The notes: generated by a model from the letters alone, not told the origin. A stretch of DNA of 64,000 nt from Candidatus Bathyarchaeia archaeon (GCA_049513715.1 JBEKVV010000005.1:1-64000), one strand, 5' to 3'; positions 19,355-28,153 are shown, counted from the stretch's first letter. Numbers and translations are program-made.

Positions 19355-20815
19355 ATGCCAAACTTAGCGCCTGAATTCGTCCGAAAACTCATACAATCAG
19401 GCATCGAGACAACAAAGTTGGAGCACAAGCTAAGAATCGACATTCATTCCAACAATGGCAAAGCCGAACTGATCAAAGACGTTCTTGCCATGGCAAACGC
19501 CTCTTCCAGCGGCGAAGACACTGGGTACTTGATAATTGGATCGTCAAAGGGTTTTGCATATGACATTTCCGATCTCAAGCTGGACGATGCGACGCTTCAG
19601 CAAATCGTGAATTCAAAAGTGCATCCTCCAATCACCTTCTCCTACACAGAAATCGAAATTCAAGCAGGGATCAGGGTTGGCGTATTTGAAATCCCGAAAA
19701 GTAACGCCAAACCACATTGTGTAAAGCAAGACATCATGGACAATGAAGAAATTCTCCTCCACGAAGGAGAGTGCCTGATAAGACAAGGATCGAGCACAAA
19801 GGAAGCTATGAAGGAAGACTTCGACCAGATGTACGACGAATATGTTGAGTCTGAGCGCCGAAGGATAATGAACGAAGCATTCGAATATGTGCAACGTCAA
19901 AACGTACCGAGTGAGAAGAAGACTACAGACCTCACATACGTTACCTCAGCAAGTCCAAAAGAAATCTCCAATACGGTGATCGAGCTTCTTCGTCAAGGCG
20001 ATACTGTTGGAATGGCGTCGATAGTCAACAACCTCCGTGGAGAACTGATCTCAAGGTGGAAAGATACTGTTGACAAGTCGGAGGAACAAGTCGCCACAAT
20101 AAAGCACACTTTCATCGAACCCGTTATCTCAAGGCTGACCGCGTTGGGAGCTCTCCTCGTTGTTTACGATGCCGAGCAACCCTTCAAGGAGCTCCTTGGT
20201 GCATTCGCGGCCATCTACGAACTCGCGAACAATCTTTCCTATGGAAGACAGCCTGGTATGACAACTAAGAAGCATCTGAGCTGGACTGTGCCCTCGAAGG
20301 AAAGCATGAAGTCTCTATACGCTATAGGAGCAGTTGCTGCATTCAAAGGCAGGCTGAAATTCATCAGACTCATGCTTGACACGAAGATTACTGCAACCAG
20401 ATATTTCACTAACGTAGAGCCCATAATGTCGCATCCGCTCTATGAGTTCACGAGTGGCGAAGGAGATTTCACGGCGTTTTTCGAAGAGGCTAGAAATGAG
20501 ACCTTGGGTTCCAAACAACTCTTCGAATACTTCGATGGAGACAAAGAGAAGCTGATAACAGCATTTTGTGACTTCGACTTTCTCATAATGGCGGCTTTGA
20601 TCCATGAGAATCCCGAAACTGAGAGGTTTCCGAACTTTGCGCGCTACTATCGCAGGAGAATAGAACCGCTCCTGAGTAGGATTTCAAGCGACCCAGGGAG
20701 CTACGTAACAATACTTGGAGACAACCCGACCGGAGCTGTCGATAGTTGCATAGGAAAAGTCAACGAACTGGCTACTCGCGAACCCATAACTTTGATGGGA
20801 TGGAGAGTCCATTAG
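19355..20815 (+). CDS. Schlafen/AlbA_2 domain protein
   Basis: ETTKLEHK, ELIKDVLAMANA, GYLIIG, IRQGSST. Confidence 0.8.
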   Translation: MPNLAPEFVRKLIQSGIETTKLEHKLRIDIHSNNGKAELIKDVLAMANASSSGEDTGYLIIGSSKGFAYDISDLKLDDATLQQIVNSKVHPPITFSYTEIEIQAGIRVGVFEIPKSNAKPHCVKQDIMDNEEILLHEGECLIRQGSSTKEAMKEDFDQMYDEYVESERRRIMNEAFEYVQRQNVPSEKKTTDLTYVTSASPKEISNTVIELLRQGDTVGMASIVNNLRGELISRWKDTVDKSEEQVATIKHTFIEPVISRLTALGALLVVYDAEQPFKELLGAFAAIYELANNLSYGRQPGMTTKKHLSWTVPSKESMKSLYAIGAVAAFKGRLKFIRLMLDTKITATRYFTNVEPIMSHPLYEFTSGEGDFTAFFEEARNETLGSKQLFEYFDGDKEKLITAFCDFDFLIMAALIHENPETERFPNFARYYRRRIEPLLSRISSDPGSYVTILGDNPTGAVDSCIGKVNELATREPITLMGWRVH

Positions 20816-20835
20816 AATTAGTGCATAAGTTCGAG

Positions 20836-21276
20836 GTGGGGCTAGATTGGGGTCGGAGTAATCGTCGAGAATTGAGGCGTTTAGCAGATAGCCCCACCAT
20901 CATTTGATAGAGAGTCCCTTCGGCCCCACGTGGTTGCCCACTTCTTCCACTTCCTATCGAAAGAGGTTCCTGCTAAGGAGTTGAACAAGTGTTTGATATT
21001 TCGCCCGACGATCCAACACTTAGGCTGGCCCTGAAAGCTCTTCAGGCTTAGCCAAACGATCTTGTGTGAACTACGGCGTACCTCGCGGGCGGAAAATCCT
21101 GGTTTGCGCACACCGCTAAGGCCAGTACGGGAACTCCGGAACGGTAACGGTCGTGGTTGTGTAGGTTGGAGTTGTTGTTGTGGTGGGGCCGAAGGTTCCC
21201 ACTTGATGCATCAAGTGGGGCTATCCTAATCGGGGCTCATTTCGAGCCGTTTCCTCCTGCTCGTGCTTAGCCCCAC
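20836..21276. repeat. 94-bp diverged inverted repeat (20836-20929 / 21183-21276) with six GCCCCAC boxes and a perfect 22-bp palindrome at 21198-21219
   Basis: GTGGGGCTA-N42-GATAGCCCCAC-N19-CCTTCGGCCCCAC in both arms with identical spacing. Confidence 0.8.
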
Positions 21277-21283
21277 GCGGTGC

Positions 21284-21469
21284 CTATTTCCTCATGAGTT
21301 TGACTTTGCTGTCCAAGACTTTGCTGTATGCGTCGAGTTTCATGTTGATCTCGATGCGTGGGCCAATGTCGGGTTCGCTTAGCATTGCGAGGCGTAGTTC
21401 GTTGTTTTCTGGCAGGTTCTTTCTCGCCCACTCTTTCGCGGGCACGAAGCTGCTTGTTTCGAGCGGCAT
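21284..21469 (-). CDS. small protein of a type seen in archaeal integrated elements
   Basis: KEWARKNLP...LRLAMLSEPD pattern; recognised from memory only. Confidence 0.4.
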   Translation of the reverse strand: MPLETSSFVPAKEWARKNLPENNELRLAMLSEPDIGPRIEINMKLDAYSKVLDSKVKLMRK

Positions 21470-21475
21470 GAATGA

Positions 21476-21745
21476 TCACTTTTTGCGTTTTCTTCCTCCT
21501 AGTTTTTTCACCCGGCGTTTCCGTTTCCGCAGCAGTGTTTCTCCGAGTGCGTTGGCGATCGCGTTGTCAATTTTGTAGTGTAGTAGTTCGCTCATCTTTT
21601 CGTCTGGAAGTATGGCTAGGTCGCCAAAGCCGGTGATTTGCTCTGTGGTGTAGCCGGAGGTTTGCAGAAAGACCGCCCGCCCTGAACGCAATAGCTCGTC
21701 TGCTTTTTCGCGATCAGATTCGACTTCAGCCAAAGCGGACACCAA
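21476..21745 (-). pseudogene. fragment resembling the C-terminal tail of archaeal tyrosine integrases
   Basis: FLQTSGYTTEQITGFGDLAIL..E.M.ELL; no catalytic domain. Confidence 0.35.
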
Positions 21746-21783
21746 GCTGTGTTTGTCGGATAGGTTTCTTATTTGGTTATAGA

Positions 21784-22131
21784 TTGAATCCCTATCGGTG
21801 CTGGCTTATGACAAATGAGCGTTGGCTTCGTTGGGCAATACGGAAACACTTCCGAGATCGGGGGCTGACTGTGAACATGCGTCCTGTCAAAGTTGGAAAT
21901 GCTACAGTTGACAGGGAAGTCGTTGGACACGGATGGAGAATGGCTCTTGAAATTAAGAGTACAAAAGACGATCTCATTCGAGGGATTGGTCAATGCACAG
22001 AAGCCTTAGTCAGGGGTTATCAATCGGCGGCACTCGTCACATCCGTTCAACGTGCGAAGCGAATTAAACCCGAAGTTTTCCATGAACATCTCGTTTTGTT
22101 AGGTATCGATGCTAAAGGGATGGTTCACTAA
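21784..22131 (+). CDS. small PD-(D/E)XK-like nuclease (possibly degenerate)
   Basis: VD...ALEIKS..DDLIRGIGQC. Confidence 0.5.
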   Translation: MNPYRCWLMTNERWLRWAIRKHFRDRGLTVNMRPVKVGNATVDREVVGHGWRMALEIKSTKDDLIRGIGQCTEALVRGYQSAALVTSVQRAKRIKPEVFHEHLVLLGIDAKGMVH

Positions 22132-22442
22132 GTCTACCCATGAATGCCATTTAGAGTGTCGCGGGTTCATGCTCTGGGGTGGGATTTTCACCCCCGTGGG
22201 TGTGTCCGAAACACCCCACGGTTGGATTTGAACCGAGGGGGGCGAATTGAATTCACCCCGCGAACCTAGGGGTGTCTTTTCATCTTTCGAAAAATCTTCT
22301 GTCAAAGCTCACACCGAAGCGCTATTGGACGATTCAGAAGTTAAACTTCTGGGTGACCTCATTTTCCGATTTTCATTATGATCACGAAATTTCCAAAGTT
22401 CAAATTTGTTCTACCGCAACAATGATGCACACAAAAAGAGGA

Positions 22443-22482
22443 GTTCAAGATCAGCCGCTCGCACCAGCAGACCCACACACAC
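22443..22482 (+). repeat. junction J9 (tRNA-3'-mimic type)
   Basis: GTTCAAgatcagccGCTCGCACCAgcagacCCACACACAC. Confidence 0.8.
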
Positions 22483-22554
22483 TTCGACATGCAAACGACA
22501 ACGGTCCGACGGTCCGGGGGCCGCACCAGTGAGACTACAGACTAAGCGCGACTT

Positions 22555-24657
22555 CTATTTTGTTAGGCCACACTGTTTCCTGAGCTTCTCCACCAGTTCC
22601 AGGTATCGGGGGTCGGCCCTCGCCTTGGCGAAGAGGGGCGAGTACCTCATTGTTGTGGCAACTCCTGCATGGGCTTCGACGGCCCTGTTCAAGTACCCGA
22701 AGTAGGAGTCGAGGTCTCCGAGGGCATGGTAGACGTACGCGATGAAGTTGAAGCCTACCGGACCCATCTTGGCGTCCTCGATCTTCCTGACTGCGAGCAG
22801 TGCTCTTTCCCTGTCGCCCTCCATGGCCGCGATGACCCCTCCCATCCAAGTGACCCGAGGATTGGCGGGATCGATCTTCTCCAACTTCGCAAGGAGCTCC
22901 TTAGCCTTCTCAAGGTCCCCCTTGGCTAGGTAGTACTCCGTCATACCCCTGTACGCGAACGCCGGGGCCAGCTGCTCAGTCTTCTTCCAGAACTCCAGCG
23001 CCTCCTGCTCCCTCCCCGTTTGGAAGTATGCCAAGCCGACCCGGTAGATGAAGTCGGGTCTGATGGGGTCCAAGCGGTATGCTGCCTCGATCTGTCTAAC
23101 CATCTCCGCCGGGTCTCCTTTGACTGCCGCCAGCTCGGACAGGTTCCAGTAGGGCTCTGGGAGGTTAGGGTTGAGTTCCAGCGCCCTTCTGGCCTCCGCT
23201 TCCGAACCGACGACGTCGTCCTCGTTGAAGAGCACGTTCGAGAGCGCCGAGTGGGCCTCCGGAAGGTTCGGGTCGAGGTTGAGGGCGCGCCCCAGTAGTC
23301 GCCTCACAGTCGTGACGGAGATGCCAACTGGCTCACTTCCTTTGTCAGAAAGTAATTGGTGACATTCTGCCTCGCCCACGTACGCTCTCGCGAACTTGGA
23401 ATCCAGCTCGATGGCCTTCTCGAAGAGAGCTATGCCCTGCCTAAGTGAAGCCTCGGTCTGCTCCCTCAACAGTTCCCTGCCCCGCAGGAAGCAAGTGTAC
23501 GCTTCCGTGTTCTCAGTATCCTTCTTCACGATCACGCGCTTCTCTGAATCCACGAGCCGAATCTTGAGTTCCCCGGCCACCTTCTCAGCGATCTCCGACT
23601 GAATCGCGAAGACGTCCTCCAGCTGCCGGTCATAATTCTGGCCCCAGAGGTGACCCTCCGTTGATGTGTCGATGAGCTGCGCCGTTATCCTCACCTTGTT
23701 ACCCGCCTTTCTGACGCTGCCCTCAATCAAGCTGCCAGCGTTCAGCTCCTTTCCCACGTCCGAGGCGCCCTTCTGTGACCCCTTGTACTTCATGACGGAC
23801 GTTCTAGCGATAACTGTCAGCTGTCTCAGGCCTGAGAGGGATGTGATGAGCTCCTCGGTCATGCCGTCCGCGAAGTACCCATCTTCAGGGTTGGAACTCA
23901 GGTTTGCGAAAGGCAGAACTGCAATCCGCCTCTTATCAAGGCCCGCTTCGATCGCTTCTTGTCTCTTGTCTCTCGTCGCCTGTCTCTCGGGGGCTAATCC
24001 TTCTAAGAGAACCTCTTTTTCGGTGGTTTCGATTCCATGCATCCATTTGATTACGAGGCTCTTTCTTAGTTGGCCTTCGACTTGTTTCTCGATGAGTTCT
24101 ATGTTCCCGTTGAACAGGTCAACGATCGCTTGAACCTCTTCGCTCGAATGCATGAGCGGGTTCAGGAGGACCAGCGTTGTGATGTTCTTGGCTCGGAACT
24201 TGTCGAGAAGCTCTGAGAGCCACTTCCTCGTTTGAAGCGCCTTATGCCGCAACAGAACATCGGAAAGGAACTGAACCGCGAGCCGACTGGCGTGAAGAGC
24301 GTTGATGGTTTCCGTGATCACGATGTTTAGTTCGGTTAGGTTTTCGATGCCCTTGCCGGGTAGAGTGTTCTGGGCGGGGGGAACGGGTTTGTCGCTGCAA
24401 ACAAGACACTTCAGGCCGTCAGGTTTGTTGCCGAGAATTGGCTCCGCAGAAGACAAACTTCGAGTGATAAGCAGACTCACCGGATCAGCTTCGAGGAATC
24501 TGCGTAGAAGTATTGGGACTTCGTCGCTCGCGGGTGCACTCAGAACGATGGCTGAACCGGCTAGAAATCCGCCTTGAAGCGCCTCATCAAGTCTAGCGTA
24601 CCCAGTAGAAACCCTGCCCCTCAAAGCGGAACTAGGTGCCGCTGGCCTCTCAGTCAA
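22555..24657 (-). CDS. degenerate KaiC/RAD55-like domain fused to TolB-like N domain and TPR repeats
   Basis: VSTGYARLDEALQGGF with a broken Walker A; RIAVLPFANLS..YFADGMTEELI; TPRs. Confidence 0.8.
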   Translation of the reverse strand: MTERPAAPSSALRGRVSTGYARLDEALQGGFLAGSAIVLSAPASDEVPILLRRFLEADPVSLLITRSLSSAEPILGNKPDGLKCLVCSDKPVPPAQNTLPGKGIENLTELNIVITETINALHASRLAVQFLSDVLLRHKALQTRKWLSELLDKFRAKNITTLVLLNPLMHSSEEVQAIVDLFNGNIELIEKQVEGQLRKSLVIKWMHGIETTEKEVLLEGLAPERQATRDKRQEAIEAGLDKRRIAVLPFANLSSNPEDGYFADGMTEELITSLSGLRQLTVIARTSVMKYKGSQKGASDVGKELNAGSLIEGSVRKAGNKVRITAQLIDTSTEGHLWGQNYDRQLEDVFAIQSEIAEKVAGELKIRLVDSEKRVIVKKDTENTEAYTCFLRGRELLREQTEASLRQGIALFEKAIELDSKFARAYVGEAECHQLLSDKGSEPVGISVTTVRRLLGRALNLDPNLPEAHSALSNVLFNEDDVVGSEAEARRALELNPNLPEPYWNLSELAAVKGDPAEMVRQIEAAYRLDPIRPDFIYRVGLAYFQTGREQEALEFWKKTEQLAPAFAYRGMTEYYLAKGDLEKAKELLAKLEKIDPANPRVTWMGGVIAAMEGDRERALLAVRKIEDAKMGPVGFNFIAYVYHALGDLDSYFGYLNRAVEAHAGVATTMRYSPLFAKARADPRYLELVEKLRKQCGLTK

Positions 24658-24982
24658 GTTGCGATTTACCTAAACCCGCAGCCCTACTCAGGGTTACAGA
24701 AAAATGGTTTACGGTTCCCGACTTGGTGAGCCAACACGTTCCAATTGAGCCACACCACTTGACACACCCCGGCGCTTAGGATCACAATAGGTATGATGGA
24801 TTCGGAGCGCGTTACAAAATCGGTCGAAGCATTTCCTTAACTATCGACAAGGCCGAAGGGACCCACTGCGAGGTTCTCGATGCTTATGCTGGGTCACTTT
24901 CACTCAACCCTCCATGAACACTCGCAATCTCACCCTCGAATAACCACTTGCTACCTTGGAAACGTAGGATGGGCAGGGAACT

Positions 24983-25579
24983 TTGAAGAATTCTTCTGGC
25001 AGCAAGTTCGAGAACGAAAACGCTGGAAACACGCATAACTTTTCGGTTCAACTTCCAGTCCGTGCAGCTGACTTGGTGAAACAGGCCGCGCTTAGGAAGG
25101 GCCAAACGGCCGAACATTTCCTGCGGGAAATGATCGTGGAGGCTGTAGAAGAAGAGGCTTTGCCTGCGGAAGTTCATCTTGAGCGGCTCGATGAGCTCGT
25201 CAAGAAGATGGATTTGGTAGTGAAGAAGACGCCTATGCAGGAAGAGAAAGACGCCAGTAAAGCGGTCCACTCTTTAGAGGAACGGACGAAGAGACGGGAA
25301 CATCTAATCGAATTAGGGATAGAGGCCTACGATGAACTGAGGAAGATCGCAACATCGGAGCAGGCTTCTAAAGAATCAGAATCCCGCATCCAAGCATTCG
25401 CCGTGATGGCCCGCATCGGCACGTTCAACGCCGCCGTAATCCGCGACGCCGAAAACGATGAACTAGGCAACCTCCTAGCGGAAGTGGAGGAGACGGATAG
25501 CCGGCTCAAAGCGGAGCTAAAAAAACTAGAGAAGAAGCGGCGCGAAGAGGAAGCGGAGGAGAGGCAACGTTACCACTAA
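24983..25579 (+). CDS. hypothetical RHH-like/coiled-coil protein
   Basis: FSVQLP..AADLVKQAA N-terminus; E/K-rich coil. Confidence 0.5.
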   Translation: MKNSSGSKFENENAGNTHNFSVQLPVRAADLVKQAALRKGQTAEHFLREMIVEAVEEEALPAEVHLERLDELVKKMDLVVKKTPMQEEKDASKAVHSLEERTKRREHLIELGIEAYDELRKIATSEQASKESESRIQAFAVMARIGTFNAAVIRDAENDELGNLLAEVEETDSRLKAELKKLEKKRREEEAEERQRYH

Positions 25580-25592
25580 GCCGCCTTCTGAC

Positions 25593-25904
25593 ATGCACCG
25601 CCCCGAACCCCCCACCAATCAACCCAGTCTTCGGAAGTTGAGGCGTTATAGGAGTGTTCAGGTGAACTTCAGGGCGAGCGGCAAATGGCTCAAAATAGTC
25701 AACATGCTAGCCAGCCTAGAAGGCCGCAGTAGCAGCGCCCTAATGCGCGAACTCCTAACCCTCGGCCTCGCCCAATACGTCAACATCCACTACCGAACAC
25801 CCCAAGCCATAAGGCAACAACAACTACAATCCATCCTCAACACCCAACTCCAAAACGCCGCGGCCGAAGCCAAAGCCAAGGCAGCCCAGAAAAAAGATGT
25901 CTAG
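25593..25904 (+). CDS. RHH/CopG-like small protein
   Basis: VQVNFR...LASLEGRSSSALMRELL. Confidence 0.45.
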   Translation: MHRPEPPTNQPSLRKLRRYRSVQVNFRASGKWLKIVNMLASLEGRSSSALMRELLTLGLAQYVNIHYRTPQAIRQQQLQSILNTQLQNAAAEAKAKAAQKKDV

Positions 25905-26220
25905 CATATGTTATACACATCTAACGGGCGGAAATGGCGGGGTCGCACCCAAAACGGCCCACTCCAAGCCTCTTCTCGCCGGTTCCCCTTAGAACACAGC
26001 GACGTTCAAGACAGGATGTCCAGCGAAAGAGGATTAGTTCGTCTTGCTCTCGTGATGACTCCGCTTCAAATTTCTGGAATGAGGCCAAGAATGACGCGGA
26101 GAGGCTTTCCCGTGAGATCAAGATCGCTGCTTGGTTGGCGTTACCAGGAAGCCAAATCCCATTAACTGCCTTGGGATGAAACATAAAGGGCACCAAATCG
26201 CAAGAGATTGTCGACCAGCG

Positions 26221-26442
26221 ATGTCGAAAGTCCTCACATTCACGGTTGCTCTAAAGAAGGATGATACCGGAGGATACTCTGTGAGGTGCGTTGAGTTACC
26301 TGCTGCCATCAGTCAAGGGGAAAACGAAACGGAGGCCCTATTGAACATTAGAGAGGCAATCGAATTGGTTCTCGAAGAACTCGAAGCACGGGCCCAAGCG
26401 CAGAAACCAGACAAGCTGGAACTGGTCACTGTCACCGTCTAA
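26221..26442 (+). CDS. hicB: HicB family antitoxin
   Basis: GGYSVRCVELPAAISQGENETEALLNIREAIEL. Confidence 0.88.
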   Translation: MSKVLTFTVALKKDDTGGYSVRCVELPAAISQGENETEALLNIREAIELVLEELEARAQAQKPDKLELVTVTV

Positions 26443-26655
26443 ACTGCCAATTTTCTCTTGGCGTGATGTCCTGAAAGCGCTTCAAAAGGCCGGATTCAAA
26501 CCAGTTCGACAACGCGGAAGCCACATCCTTCTCAGCAATGACGGCAACCTATAGTCTCCGTTCCGCGTCGTGAGGAAATCAAACCCGGGACTCTGCTAAG
26601 CATAATCGACCAAGCCAAGCTTACCAAAGAAGAATTCCTCAAACTCGCACCTTAG
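26429..26655 (+). pseudogene. hicA: HicA family toxin, frameshifted near 26550
   Basis: KLPIFSWRDVLKALQKAGFKPVRQRGSHI, then TAG at 26552; continues in another frame as VSVPRREEIKPGTLLSIIDQAKLTKEEFLKL. Confidence 0.85.
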
Positions 26656-26712
26656 TACAGTTATCTAGGGGTCTTCACAGCGATAGGGCTCTGGAGCAAA
26701 CACGGGATTCCG

Positions 26713-27537
26713 ATGCAGAAGAAACAAGGCGGCATGAAGCCAGTAAGAACACTTGCGCTTCTCCTTGTCATCTTCGTCGTTTCGATTCTAACGAGGCTTG
26801 TCGAGAATATTCCAATTGCCGCAACGCAATTGGCCTATTACCTCCTCAACGGGGTGATACTCACCGGCTTTCTCGCTTGGCTCGTCCCCAAGATCCATCT
26901 CGGCTCACGGTCGCTAACCCTGCTGGTCTGGCTGGACCTGTTCGTGGTTGGATTCCTCAACAACTATGTCGAAGCGTACTTCTTCACAAACACGTTTGAC
27001 AAGGCCGCAGTTCTTGTCCAATCAGTGGCCTCCACTCTCACCTCTTCGGTGATAGCCGCGACGGCAGCCGCCCTCCTCCTTGGCTACGGGAGTATTGGGC
27101 TCACGGCCTCGTTGAAAGCGCACTTCTCGGCAAGGACGCGGAGTTCGTGGGTTCTGCGGATAGCCGTGGGTTCGGTTGCTTACTTTCCAATCTACTTCTT
27201 CTTCGGAGCCCTAATCGGCCCGTTCGTTCTTCCTTACTACAACAATCCCTCGTTCGGACTTCGGATACCCCCATTCACAGTGATAATCCCAGTGGAGCTC
27301 TTCAGAGGCTTCGTGTACACGCTCGTGCTCCTGCCGCTGCTGGCGACGATTGTTGGAGGGAGAGCTACGAAATTCATCGCACTCGCTGCCATGCTGTACA
27401 TTCCCGGCGGGCTCATCGCGCTGCTGGGAAACCAACTACTGCCAGCCGCAATCATCCCAATCCACGCGCTGGAGATACTGGCTGACTCGATTGTCTATGG
27501 CTTCGTACTATCTCGCATCCTAAACACGCCAGAGTGA
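26713..27537 (+). CDS. hypothetical multi-pass membrane protein
   Basis: about 8 hydrophobic segments. Confidence 0.65.
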   Translation: MQKKQGGMKPVRTLALLLVIFVVSILTRLVENIPIAATQLAYYLLNGVILTGFLAWLVPKIHLGSRSLTLLVWLDLFVVGFLNNYVEAYFFTNTFDKAAVLVQSVASTLTSSVIAATAAALLLGYGSIGLTASLKAHFSARTRSSWVLRIAVGSVAYFPIYFFFGALIGPFVLPYYNNPSFGLRIPPFTVIIPVELFRGFVYTLVLLPLLATIVGGRATKFIALAAMLYIPGGLIALLGNQLLPAAIIPIHALEILADSIVYGFVLSRILNTPE

Positions 27538-27851
27538 CTTCCGATTCTTCAGCTAAGACCGGGCTAACGCGCGAGTCTCCATTGTCGGAGACACTTCAGA
27601 CTCCTCCCCCGACCCTAACCCAAATCGGCAACGCCAACGAAAACCAAGAAACCTCCTCTCGCCCCTGTCATCATTTCGTCCAAACACGCATTTCTCCATC
27701 CCGATGAGGGACGAGTAACATATTTCCCCACAAGACTGCAACCCGGTACACATCGGATGTTCTTAGGTGGCAACCCTTCCTACCCTTGCTATTCTAAGGG
27801 AAAGTGGTCGGGGTTTTATTGATGTCAGAAGTTTAATGCCTGCGTGGTTAC

Positions 27852-28091
27852 ATGTCTAAGCGCACGACCATTCTGCTCGACGATGATGTTTATGAAAAGC
27901 TCGTCAACGAGAGCATGAGAAAATACAGGACTACCAAAGCTATGTCCAAGGTGGCAAATGAATTGCTCAAGAGGGCGCTAAAGAGCCAGACGAAGGTTTT
28001 AGAATTGATCTCTTCGAAAAAGATTGCCAAGACGACCAATAAAGAGTTCGAGTCATTTCGCAGGGAACTGTCCAGACGGTTCGAAGCTTGA
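27852..28091 (+). CDS. RHH/CopG antitoxin (VapB-like)
   Basis: KRTTILLDDDVYEKL; overlaps a PIN-like start. Confidence 0.7.
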   Translation: MSKRTTILLDDDVYEKLVNESMRKYRTTKAMSKVANELLKRALKSQTKVLELISSKKIAKTTNKEFESFRRELSRRFEA

Positions 28092-28125
28092 TCCTTGATA
28101 CAACATACATGCTTCCTCTAGCGAG
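28088..28125 (+). pseudogene. first ~12 codons of a PIN/VapC toxin
   Basis: MILDTTYMLPLA PIN N-terminal motif, then unrelated sequence. Confidence 0.55.
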
Positions 28126-28153
28126 CAATTGCGCAAGCCACGTGGGTGGGCGT

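Larger units (their letters stand above)
4810..28150. mobile_element. accessory/defence-like genomic island made of repeat-delimited modules and mobile-element remnants
   Basis: no housekeeping genes; nuclease-like genes, TA remnants, casposase and integrase-like fragments, repeated junction motif; borders approximate. Confidence 0.75.

Noticed and set aside
22221..22260. Minus-strand tRNA suggested by GGATTTGAACC
   Set aside because: The flanks give no acceptor stem or cloverleaf.
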